Source of the DNA: an uncultured Thermoleophilia bacterium | GTDB taxonomy: Bacteria > Actinomycetota > Thermoleophilia > UBA2241 | Direction of reading: 5' to 3' | Length of the DNA stretch: 64,000 nt | NCBI GenBank assembly: GCA_963700035.1 | Contig: CAVOWE010000026.1 | Location: 8,732-72,731, forward strand | Shown here: piece after piece, positions 55,401 to 64,000 of the stretch | Position numbering within the stretch: the first letter of the stretch is position 1 | How the letters are laid out: every line of letters begins with the position of its first letter | Notes under the pieces: generated by a model | The model's database searches: none | Told to the model about the DNA's origin: nothing | Seen by the model: the letters and a program-made list of their open reading frames with translations, nothing else | Translations under genes and position numbers: made by a program

Positions 55401-56378
55401 CCCCAGGGGGTTGGGCAGCGGCTGGTTGGCGGCCTCGGCGGCGAGCACGTCGTGCAGGCCGGCGTCGGCCTTGACCGTGTAGTGCACGTCGTTGGTGGCC
55501 ACGGTGGGGAGGCGCAGCTCGTGGGCCAGCAGGTCGAGGGCGCGCAGACGGGCGCCGGAGTCGGGGAGCAGCTCGTGCTGCAGCTCGATGAAGAATTGGC
55601 GGCCGAAGATCTCGTGGAACACGGAGGCCGCGGCGCGGGCGCCGGCCTTGTCGCCGGCCAGCAGCCGCGACCAGACCTCGCCGCGGCGGCAGCCGCTGAG
55701 CGCGACGAGGTGGCCGCCGTGCTCGGCGAGCGTGGCGAGCCGGGCGACGGGCGGCTCGCCGGGGTGCTCCAGATGCGCCGCGCTGATGATGCGGCAGAGG
55801 TTGCTCCAGCCCTTGTAGTCGCGGGCGAGGAGCACGAGGTGGTGGCCGCCGGCGCCGGCGGCGCGCGCGGCGGCGGGGGGCACCGTGGCCGACCCCGTGA
55901 GGTGCCGGATGTGGCCGTCGGGGGCGAAGGCGGCGTGGGCGTCTGGCGCCGCGAAGGCCACCGGCGCTGCGGGCGGATATGGGGCGTCGGGAGGGCGCTG
56001 CGCTCCGCTCGGCGCCGCGCCGGCTTCGCCGGCGGCGCCTCGCGAGCCTCCCTCAACCCCATATCCGCCCTCCGCGCCTGCCGCATCCGACGCGCGACCC
56101 GCGGCTGTCACCCCGGCCGCCGCAGCGGAGCTCGGCTCCCATGCCCGCCCGCCCGCGGCGACGGCCGGCTCGACCGTGAGCTCGACGCCGACGATGGGCT
56201 TGATGCCGGCCGCCTTGCAGGCCTGGTAGAAGCGCACGGCGCCGTAGAGCCCCTCGTGGTCGGTGGCCGCCAGGGCCGGCATGCCCATGCCGGCCGCCGC
56301 GGCCACCAGCTCGGGGATGCGGCAGGCGCCGTCGCCGAACGAGAAGTTGGTATGCGCATGCAGGTGGACGAAACTCAT
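52430..56378 (-). CDS. dnaE2: DNA polymerase III alpha-like error-prone polymerase (DnaE2), with large insertions; frameshift near 53500-53585
   Basis: HLHAH..FSFGDG, TDH, GRGSA, FERFL, PDVDIDF, KMDIL, YGFNKAHA, NNQPMGFY, FLTLEDE; ends after the OB fold; SOS-cassette context. Confidence 0.88.
52519..52583 (+). repeat. Short/degenerate palindromic element (E) in the dnaE2 C-terminal tail
   Basis: GGGCGGCGAGCG / CGCTCGCCGCCC arms around GCCGGC-TTC-GCCGGC; ends GCAGCGCC like copy C. Confidence 0.5.
53065..53183 (-). repeat. Palindromic element (B) inside dnaE2
   Basis: Near-identical core to 55961-56079; arms CGGCGGCAGGG / CCCTGCCGCCG. Confidence 0.85.
53472..53565 (+). repeat. Palindromic element (D) inside dnaE2, opposite orientation to A and B
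   Basis: Shares termini GCGGAGGRCGG..CCGYCCGCAGCG and internal GAGCGGAGCGCCC with copy C. Confidence 0.65.
55961..56079 (-). repeat. Palindromic element (A) inside the dnaE2 PHP domain
   Basis: Perfect 14-bp IR GGGCGGATATGGGG (55971-55984) / CCCCATATCCGCCC (56057-56070); core shared with B. Confidence 0.85.
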
Positions 56379-56453
56379 GGCGATCCGGGGTCGGAGGGCG
56401 CGGAGCCGGCGCCTGCTATGCTGGCGGCACCGGCCGGGAGAGGGGAGTGCTTC

Positions 56454-56657
56454 GTGAGCGACATCGGGTCCGTGGGTCTGCTGTTCATCTTCATCGCGGA
56501 GGCGATCCTCGTGGCGGCGACCGCGGTGCTGGCGCACCGCAAGGGGCGCAGCGCCGTGCTCTGGGCTGTGGTGGCTCTCTTCCTGCCGCTCATCGCGCTC
56601 ATCATCGTGCTCCTGCTCCCCGCCAGGACCGCGCCGGAGGGCGACAGCTCCGCCTGA
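56454..56657 (+). CDS. Small two-TM membrane protein (67 aa)
   Basis: MSDIGSVGLLFIFIAEAILVAATAVLAHRKGRSAVLWAVVALFLPLIALIIVLLLP; SD GAGGGGAG; extended -10 TGCTATGCT at 56414. Confidence 0.8.
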   Translation: MSDIGSVGLLFIFIAEAILVAATAVLAHRKGRSAVLWAVVALFLPLIALIIVLLLPARTAPEGDSSA

Positions 56658-56691
56658 GACACCCGGCCGTGCGCGCTGCACCGGACGCCGC

Positions 56692-57051
56692 TCAATTGAG
56701 CACCTGCTCCAGCGCCCACGCCTTCGCGAGGCGGTCGTAGCGCAGATCGAACACGCGGCCTTCGGCGCGCACCCGCCAGTACGAACGGCTGATGAGGCCG
56801 TCGTCCTTCCACCAGCCCGTCTCGAGGACCCACGTCTCGAGCACGCGCTCGACCCGGTACGTGCGGCGCCGCCACACGAAGGTCACCGGGCGGCGCTGCC
56901 GCTCGTCCCAGCTGACGGCGATGGGGGTGGCTCTGCCGTTGGGGCCCGGCTTGTCGTTGCGGCCGGGCCCGGCGCGACCGCGAGACCCGCCGCCGGCGCT
57001 GGGGCCGCCGCCGTCGGGCCTATCGCTGGAGGTGGCTCCGCCGTGGGACAT
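56692..57051 (-). CDS. DUF6504 family protein (similar to the ImuB C-terminal domain)
   Basis: PVTFVWRRRTYRVERVLETW..GWW..RSYWRV..FDLRYD..W; SD AGGAG; upstream of dnaE2. Confidence 0.8.
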   Translation of the reverse strand: MSHGGATSSDRPDGGGPSAGGGSRGRAGPGRNDKPGPNGRATPIAVSWDERQRRPVTFVWRRRTYRVERVLETWVLETGWWKDDGLISRSYWRVRAEGRVFDLRYDRLAKAWALEQVLN

Positions 57052-57098
57052 GTGGCGCTCCTGGTGAGGGCTGGTCGGTTGACGGGCGAGGGACCACA

Positions 57099-57127
57099 AC
57101 GGTAACACGAACATATGTTCGTGTAAA
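57099..57127 (-). promoter_or_regulatory. LexA SOS box filling the spacer of a sigma70 promoter
   Basis: Perfect 20-bp palindrome ACACGAACATATGTTCGTGT (CGAAC-N4-GTTCG) at 57105-57124, with TTTACA (-35) and TACCGT (-10) 17 bp apart. Confidence 0.9.
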
Positions 57128-57291
57128 CGTCGGACGGAACGGCCGACCGGGAGCGCGGAAACCGGCCCTATCGCCTATTGACCCCTGTGGCCTGCGGCGG
57201 GCTATGATGAAGGAGCGCATCGGGCGGTGGGGGATCGCTGCGCCGGATGTCGCCTTGACCTCAGAGGGGCACCACAGAGCAGGGGGGACAC

Positions 57292-59193
57292 GTGACTACC
57301 AGGGAACGCACTCGTCCGGCACTCATCCTGATCGCCGTCGCCACGGTGGTCCTCGCCCTCGGCCTCGCGTGGGGGCTCGGCGCCGCCGTCGCCGCCAGCG
57401 AGAGCCCGACGCCGACGCTGTATGGAGACAGCGCCTCGCCGGCTCCCGGCGCCTCCACGGACGCCGGCAAGGTCGTCTACAGGGTCGGCATCCTCGTCGA
57501 GCCCGATAACCTCAACCCGTTCATCGGCTTCATGTTCAGCTCGTATGAGGTCTGGTACCTCACCTACGAGCCGCTGGTCGGGTACGACTACGGCACGCTC
57601 GCGCCGACGAAGGGCGCCGAGGCCACCGGGCTGGCCACCGACTGGTCGGTGACGCCCGACGGCAAGACCTGGACCTTCACGATCCGTGAAGGCGCCACGT
57701 GGAACGACGGCGTGCCGCTGACCGCCAGGGATGTGGCGTTCACGTACAACTACATCATCGACAACGACCTCGCCAACTGGACCTCCTACACGCAGGGCAT
57801 CACGCACGCCACGGCCGTGGACGACACCACCGTGCGGTTCGACTGTTCTGAACCCAAGGCCGACATGCTGCGCGTCTACTTGCCCATCGTGCCGGAGCAC
57901 GTCTGGTCGAAGGTCCCGGGCAAGGAGGCGTCGGTCAGCTACCCGAACAAGCCGCCGATCGTCGGCTCCGGGCCGTTCACGTGCGTCGAGTGGAAGAAGA
58001 GCAGCTTCGTCAAGATGGTGGCCAACAAGGACTACTGGCGCGGCTCCCCCAAGATCGACGAGCTCTACTTCGAGTACTACACGAACGCCGATACGATGGT
58101 ACAGGACCTCAAGGCGGGGACCATCGACGGCGCCTTCCAGATCCTCGACGCCCAGTACCGGCAGCTCAAGTCCGAGCCCGGCATCGAGGCGCGCACCATC
58201 GGCACCAACGGCTTCGACGAGCTGGCGTTCAACTGCTACGAGGGTCCTAGCCGCGGCAACCCCGTGCTCAAGGACGTGAGGTTCCGCCAGGCCCTCAACT
58301 GGGCGGTGGACCTGGACAAGATCTGCGCCATCGCCTACGGCGGTCACGCGCGGCCGGCCACCACCGTGATCACCGCCGACTACTACTCGGACCCGGACTG
58401 GCACTGGGAACCGCCCGCGGACGTCAAGTACGGCTTCGACCTGGAGAAGGCCAAGCAGCTGCTCGACGCGGCCGGCTACAAGGACACGGACGGCGACGGC
58501 ATCCGTGAAGACGCCGGCAAGCCCATCGAGCTGCGCCTCTGGTGCCGCGCCGGGTCGACGACCTACGAGAACGTCCAGCGGCTCGTGGCGGGCTGGTTCA
58601 CCGAGATCGGCCTCAAGATGGAGGTGTCGGTCATGGACACCGGTGCGCTCGGCGAGCGTATCCTCGACAAGGTCGACGGCAAGCTCTCGCCCGACTACGA
58701 CATCGTCGTGTGGGGCTGGTACAGCGACCTCGACCCGAACGCGATCCTCAGCTACTTCACGACGGCTCAGATCGGCTCCAACAGCGACTGCGGCTACTCC
58801 AACCAGCAGTACGACACGCTTTGGAAGCAGCAGGCGCGCACCATCGACCCGACCGCGCGCAAGGCGCTCATCGACGAGATGCAGCAGATCCTCTACCAGG
58901 ACTCGCCCTACATCGTGCTGGCCTACTCGAACGACCTCGAGGCCTACAACACCGCCAAGTGGCAGGGTTATGCGGCCTCGCCGGCCGAGATCGGCAACGT
59001 GCTCTTCCCGCCGTACGGCAACGCGGGCTCCGAGAACTTCCTGCTGATCGAGCCGAAGACCGGCGCCGCGACCGCCGAGAGCGGCGGCTCGAACACCGGC
59101 CTGTGGGTGGCGGTCGCCGCCGCCGCCGTGGTCGGGGCGCTCGTCGTGGTGCTGTTGGGACGCAGGCGCCGCTCGAGAGCGGTGGAGGAGTAG
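57292..59193 (+). CDS. Family 5 (peptide/nickel) ABC substrate-binding protein with C-terminal TM anchor
   Basis: LNPF, LATDW..DGKTWTF..W.DG.PLTA.DV.FT, GSGPF; C-terminal hydrophobic helix followed by RRRR. Confidence 0.92.
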   Translation: MTTRERTRPALILIAVATVVLALGLAWGLGAAVAASESPTPTLYGDSASPAPGASTDAGKVVYRVGILVEPDNLNPFIGFMFSSYEVWYLTYEPLVGYDYGTLAPTKGAEATGLATDWSVTPDGKTWTFTIREGATWNDGVPLTARDVAFTYNYIIDNDLANWTSYTQGITHATAVDDTTVRFDCSEPKADMLRVYLPIVPEHVWSKVPGKEASVSYPNKPPIVGSGPFTCVEWKKSSFVKMVANKDYWRGSPKIDELYFEYYTNADTMVQDLKAGTIDGAFQILDAQYRQLKSEPGIEARTIGTNGFDELAFNCYEGPSRGNPVLKDVRFRQALNWAVDLDKICAIAYGGHARPATTVITADYYSDPDWHWEPPADVKYGFDLEKAKQLLDAAGYKDTDGDGIREDAGKPIELRLWCRAGSTTYENVQRLVAGWFTEIGLKMEVSVMDTGALGERILDKVDGKLSPDYDIVVWGWYSDLDPNAILSYFTTAQIGSNSDCGYSNQQYDTLWKQQARTIDPTARKALIDEMQQILYQDSPYIVLAYSNDLEAYNTAKWQGYAASPAEIGNVLFPPYGNAGSENFLLIEPKTGAATAESGGSNTGLWVAVAAAAVVGALVVVLLGRRRRSRAVEE

Positions 59194-59442
59194 AGAGCAC
59201 AGCTCGGGCGGGTCGGAGGGCTGGCCCGAGGGAAGTGCGATGCCGCGCGAGGCGAGGAAGTCGCGGACGCCGTCGTACCGGGAGTGTCCGCATCCTTCAG
59301 GGCGCGCTCTTTGGCGCGGCCGCTCGCTCTAGGCAGGCGCGCGCGGCGGATGTAGCATCTCCTCACAGGAGGGCGTCGTCTGACCGTGGTGAGGGAGCCA
59401 CCGCGGCTGCCGGGCGACGAGCCGTGCCGACCAGGGGGGACC

Positions 59443-61279
59443 ATGAGCCACGCACTCGCATGTAGTCGCCGCCTGCGCGTCGTCGTCGCGTTGTTCGCCC
59501 TTCTGCTCACCGCAGGCTTGTCGTGGGGCATCAGCGCCGCGCTCGCCGACGGTTCTCCATCGCCGGCCGCCTCCGCGGACACGCTCTCGGTCCAGTTCGG
59601 CACGACCTTCGACGCCGACAACCTCAACCCGTTCGTGGGCTGGAGCGGCACCGCCTATGAGGTCTTCCACCTCAACTACGACTTTCTCGTGGGCTACAAC
59701 ACCGACCTCTCGCCGCGGCCCGAGCTGGCCACCAGCTGGGAGACCTCGCCCGACGGCAAGACCTGGACGTTCAAGCTGAGGCAGGGCGTCACCTGGCAGG
59801 ACGGCGAACCCTTCACCGCCAAAGACGTGGCGTTCACCTACAACTACATCATCGACAACGACCTCACCGCCTTCACGAGCTACACCAACAACATCGAGAA
59901 GGCCGTGGCCGTCGACGATCTCACCGTCGAGATGCGCTGCTCCAAGCCCAAGGCCAACATGCTGCGCCTGTGGATCCCCATCCTCCCGGAGCACATCTGG
60001 AGCAAGGTGCCGGGCAAGCGCGCCGGCAACGACTACATCAACAAGCCGCCGATCGTCGGCACCGGCCCCTTCCAGACCGTCGAAGTGAAAAAGGGCAACT
60101 ACGTCAAGCTCGTCAAGAACCCGCACTACTGGGTGGAGGGCAAGCCCACCATCGACGAGCTCGTCATCGCCATCTACCAGAACGCCGACACGATGACCCA
60201 GGACCTCAAGACCGGGGCTCTGGACTACGCCTTGGGCATCCCGCCGGCGCAGTTCAAGGCGCTCGCTTCGGAGCCCTCGCTGACCACCAACGCGGCCGAT
60301 CTGCGCTACTTCGACGAGCTCTGCATGAACTGCTACGACAGCCCGGATTCGCTCGGCAACCCGGTGCTGCGCGATCCCAGGTTCCGCCAGGCGATCAGCT
60401 GGGCGGTCGACAAGCAGACGATCGTCGACTTCTCCTACGGCGGCTACGCCACTGTCGGCCAGAGCATCATCACGCCCGACGTGCCCACGTACGCCTGGTC
60501 ACCGGCGCCGGAAGAGACCTTCGGCTTCGATCTCGACAAGGCCAGGCAGATGCTCGACGCGGCCGGCTACAAGGACACGGACGGCGACGGCGTGCGCGAG
60601 TCCAAGGGCAAGCCCATAGAGCTGCGGCTGTGGGCGCGCTCGGACGACATCGCCAGCCAGAGTACGGGCAAGCTGGTCTCCGGCTGGTTCACCGACATCG
60701 GCCTCAAGATCACCTTCCAGACGCTCGACTCGACCACGATCAGCGACGCCCTGTACAACTACCAGGGGAGCACCTACGCGCCCGACTACGACATCTACAT
60801 CTGGGGTTGGGGCGAGTACGTCGACCCGGACTACATCCTCAACGTGTTCACCACGAGCCAGATCGCGGGCTGGAACGACCCGATCTGGTCGAACGCCGAG
60901 TACGACAAGCTGTACGAGCGGCAGGCGCGGACCATCGACCCGGCGCAGCGCAAGCCGCTGGTCGACAGGATGCAGCAGATCTTCTACACCGAAGCGCCGT
61001 TCATCGTGACCAACTACGAGCAGCAGCTCGAGGCCTACAACACCGACAAGTGGGAGGGCTGGACGCGGGTTCCCTGAGGGCAGCGGTCCCGTGGCGCTGA
61101 TCAACGACAGCATCGACACGTACCTGAACCTGCGGCCCAGGCTCGCCGCCGTGGAGGCGGGCGGCGGTGGCGGCAGCAACAACCTGATCTACGTGGTCGT
61201 CGCCGTGGCCGTGGCGGTCGTCGCCGTCGTGGCCGTGCTCCTGCTGCGACGCGGTCGCGGGCGGGCGCTGGAAGAGTAA
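59443..61279 (+). CDS. Paralogous family 5 ABC substrate-binding protein with C-terminal TM anchor; frameshift at about 61075
   Basis: Same motifs; removing one C in GTTCCCTGAG joins ORF ..61077 to 61091..61279. Confidence 0.9.
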
Positions 61280-63174
61280 GGCGCGCCGGCGCACAGCCGC
61301 ACGCGGCCCACGAGGGCCGTCGCCGCCTCGGCGGCAGACTGCCGGCCGGCGACCAGGGCGCGCAGGTCGAGCACGTTCGGCGCCTCGCGGTGGCTCTGCA
61401 CCCAGGAGTGCACGAGCAGCATCTCGTCGAGCATGGCCGCCGGCAGGGGCGGCGACGCCGGGGCGGCCGCGGCGAGCTCGGTGAGCAAGCCGCGTGCGGC
61501 GTCCTCATCGAAGGCTCCGCGGCCGACCACGCGCTCCACGGCGATGCGGCCGCCGCGCACGCCCCAGAGCGCGACCCAGCCGGCGCGCTTCGCGGGGTAG
61601 GCGATGACCGCGTCGTCGCGGCCCGCGGCGCGCAGGCGGCGCACGGTGCGCAGCGCGCGCTCCAGCGCCTCGCGCTGCTTCTGCAGGCGCGCCGCCTGCT
61701 CGAACGCCAGGGCCCGCACCATGCCCGCCTGGCGCTCCTGCAGGCGCCCGTCGAGGTCTTCGCCGTGACCCTCGAGGACGCGACGCACGGCGGCGACCGC
61801 GGTCGCGTACTCGCCGTTCAGGGGCCGGCTGCAGGGCGCGAGGCAGGCGCCGGTGCCCGCCCGCGGGCAGGCGTGGCCTTCGCGCCCGCGCCTGGCGGCC
61901 GCCCCGGACGTCGTCCGCCCCGGCAGGTGCGCGCAGGTGCGCAGCGGGTACGCGCCGTTGAGGCACTCGACGAAGCGCCGCGCCAGGCTGGCCTTGCGGA
62001 ACGGCCCGGCGTAGTACGAGCCGTCGTCGCGCAGGTTGGGCGTGGCGTACAGGCGCGGGTAGTCGTCGGCGCTCAGCTTGACGTAGTGGTAGCTGGGCAC
62101 CCGCGTACCGTGTGAGTTGTACAGCGGCCTGTGCCTGGCGATGAGCCGCTGTTCGAGCAGCAGGGCGGCGAACTCGGAGCCGGTCTCGACGACCTCGAAC
62201 CGGTCGAGCAGCTCGAGCGCCTGACGGGCGTGGTACGCCTGGCGCTGAAGGAAGTGGTCGCGGGCGCGTCGGCGCAGGTTGTCGGCCTTGCCGATGTAGA
62301 GGGCGGCGCCCTTCTCGTCGCGCATCACGTACACACCGGCTGTGGTGGGCAGCGTCTCGGTGAGCGCGATCTTGTGGTAGTTGCGGCGCGCCCCGGGTTC
62401 GCAGAAACGCGCGACCTCCTCGAGCGTGCTCATGCCTTGCTCCTGCAGCCGGCTGAGGAACAGGAGCAGGAGCTCGGCCGTGGCCTGGGCGTCCTGAAGG
62501 GCCCGGTGCACGGGCTTCACCTTCGTGTCGAACCGGTAGCTGAGGGCGTTCAGCGAGCAGCGCTGCTGCGGGCAGAGCTTACGGGCCAGGCGGAGTGTGT
62601 CGAGGGCCGGGCGCGGGAAGGTGCGGCGTTGCAGGCGGCCGAGCTCGTAGTCGAGGAAGCCGAGGTCGAAGTGCGCGTTGTGAGCGACGAGCACGGAGTC
62701 TGCCGCGAAACCCACGAAGCGCGGCAACACCACGTCGATCGGCGGCGCGTCGGCGACGGTGGCGTCGTCGATACCGGTGATGCCGGTGATCATCTCGGGG
62801 ATGCGCACACCGGGGTTCACGAGCGACGAGAAGGTGTCGACCTCGCGCCCGCCCTCAAGCCGCACGGCGCCGATCTCGGTGATCTTGGCGAACCCCGGCG
62901 TGGCGCCGGTGGTCTCGAGGTCGACGACGGTGAAGGCCACGTCGGCCAGGTCGCGGTGCCTGGCGCGCCACATGGCGAGGCCGACGTGCACGTCGCTCTC
63001 CCACGAGAAACGCTCGTCGCCGTGCACGATGTCGGCGACCAGCTTGTGCATGAGCTCGGGAGGGCAGTTGGTGACCGGAAAGAGGTGCGGCCAGACCTCG
63101 CGGTAGTCGAGGGCTTCGCCGGCCTGCTCGAGCAGAGCGTGGAAGTCGTCCACCGTGGTGAATGCGAGCTGCAC
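61189..63174 (-). CDS. DEDDh 3'-5' exonuclease fused to GIY-YIG/UvrC-like nuclease (Rv2191/Cho-like)
   Basis: VVDLETTG, VAHNAHFD, HRALQDA; GVY..LYIGKA..LRRR, EFAALLLE, C..C..PC, UVR motif FEQAARL; 3' end uncertain. Confidence 0.9.
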   Translation of the reverse strand: MQLAFTTVDDFHALLEQAGEALDYREVWPHLFPVTNCPPELMHKLVADIVHGDERFSWESDVHVGLAMWRARHRDLADVAFTVVDLETTGATPGFAKITEIGAVRLEGGREVDTFSSLVNPGVRIPEMITGITGIDDATVADAPPIDVVLPRFVGFAADSVLVAHNAHFDLGFLDYELGRLQRRTFPRPALDTLRLARKLCPQQRCSLNALSYRFDTKVKPVHRALQDAQATAELLLLFLSRLQEQGMSTLEEVARFCEPGARRNYHKIALTETLPTTAGVYVMRDEKGAALYIGKADNLRRRARDHFLQRQAYHARQALELLDRFEVVETGSEFAALLLEQRLIARHRPLYNSHGTRVPSYHYVKLSADDYPRLYATPNLRDDGSYYAGPFRKASLARRFVECLNGAYPLRTCAHLPGRTTSGAAARRGREGHACPRAGTGACLAPCSRPLNGEYATAVAAVRRVLEGHGEDLDGRLQERQAGMVRALAFEQAARLQKQREALERALRTVRRLRAAGRDDAVIAYPAKRAGWVALWGVRGGRIAVERVVGRGAFDEDAARGLLTELAAAAPASPPLPAAMLDEMLLVHSWVQSHREAPNVLDLRALVAGRQSAAEAATALVGRVRLCAGAPYSSSARPRPRRSRSTATTATTATATATTT

Positions 63175-63277
63175 GACTCCATCGTAAACCCGGAGGGCGA
63201 CGGATGCACGGGCCGCGCGCGATCGCGTCCCTGAGCTTCACGTAGAGGGTCAGGTTTCTCAGGGCGGGGGCGTTCGC

Positions 63278-63478
63278 GTGAGGGTCGTGGCCGTCGGCTC
63301 CGGCCACCGGGAGGCGACGGACGGCGCCGCCGGCCAAGCGTCGTTCGATCATGCGGAGGGACTGGTCCTGGCCGCCGGCCGTCTCTCGGCAGCCGGGCCG
63401 GGTCCCGGCGACGCCGAGATGCTCTGCGTCGCCGAAACGTACGACGAGCGGGTCATGCGCGTGGATCCGGCGCCGTGA
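63278..63478 (+). pseudogene. Possible NHL-repeat fragment
   Basis: DGAAGQASFDHAEGL..LCVAETYDERVMRVD resembles one degenerate NHL repeat. Confidence 0.3.
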
Positions 63479-63559
63479 CGCAGCGCCGCCCTTGCCGTCG
63501 TCCATGGCCCGGAGGACAATCGCTCTGCTGGGTGTCGCGAGCGAGGCGACGGGGACCTC

Positions 63560-64000
63560 ATGCCGTATTGCTCATCGTGTGGGCGGCCGCTGGCCGGTGA
63601 AGGCCGGTTCTGTGCGGCGTGCGGGGCGCCGCAGGCAGTCACGCCGCCTCCGGCGGCGCAGCACCCGGCGCCGATGGTGACCGGCCGCGCGCCGCCGCCG
63701 GCGCCGGGCGCGCGCCAGCCGTTCCCGGGTTGGGCGGTCGCCTTCTTCGTCATCCTGGCGCTCTGCACGGTCGTCGCCATCGCCGTCTTCGTCCTCCCGA
63801 TGCTCGTCCTCGGGAGCATCGTCTCGAGCATCGAGTCGATCACCCCGGCCGTTCCCGCCGAGGCGCGGCGCACGCCCTCCCCGGCGGCCACGACCTCCAT
63901 GTCGGAAGGGCGCTCCGGCCTGCGGGTCGTCAGCGTGGTGCCGCCGCCGTATGCCACGGGCCCGTGGACCGGCGCGGATGTCATCGTGGCCTATCTGCCG
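63560..64000 (+). CDS. Zinc-ribbon membrane protein, truncated at window edge
   Basis: Manual translation MPYCSSCG..FCAACG, Pro-rich linker, TM helix; open to the edge. Confidence 0.75.
   Translation, partial: MPYCSSCGRPLAGEGRFCAACGAPQAVTPPPAAQHPAPMVTGRAPPPAPGARQPFPGWAVAFFVILALCTVVAIAVFVLPMLVLGSIVSSIESITPAVPAEARRTPSPAATTSMSEGRSGLRVVSVVPPPYATGPWTGADVIVAYLP

Noticed and set aside
53400-56170. Inteins as an explanation for the DnaE2 insertions
   Set aside because: No C/S start, HN-C/S/T end or Hint/LAGLIDADG motifs; the inserts are Gly/Ala/Pro-rich and map to DNA palindromes.
61070-61080. TGA in the second SBP as selenocysteine or readthrough
   Set aside because: The protein continues in a different frame; one extra C in a homopolymer explains it.

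Overview
A 64 kb GC-rich chromosomal segment of an Actinomycetota bacterium, probably a deep-branching Thermoleophilia-like lineage. This is inferred from the gene order metG-tatD-rsmA-ispE-tRNA-Gln-glmU-prs-rplY-pth-mfd-prsA-mazG-eno-divIC-DUF501-ppx-tRNA-Leu, from TANNNT/leaderless promoters, and from actinobacterial Zur, CsoR and LexA boxes. About 55 CDSs and 2 tRNAs are present. Roughly 20 genes, including accC and copA, carry single-base frameshifts, most consistent with uncorrected long-read errors. No CRISPR array, integrase, transposase or prophage gene was seen. The most notable items are: (1) a family of ~65-120 bp palindromic elements with co-varying stems, found four times inside the dnaE2 coding sequence and once intergenically; (2) a candidate ~145-nt minus-strand sRNA with three C-rich (UCCCC, anti-Shine-Dalgarno) hairpin loops, two GNRA hairpins, its own extended -10 and an operator-like palindrome; (3) a stand-alone 20-aa basic peptide gene with a perfect SD and a downstream hairpin; (4) a LexA-controlled minimal mutagenesis cassette (free-standing ImuB-C-like DUF6504 plus DnaE2) interrupted by an antisense membrane gene; (5) an orphan receiver-MshEN-PilB/GspE ATPase behind a sigma28-type promoter.
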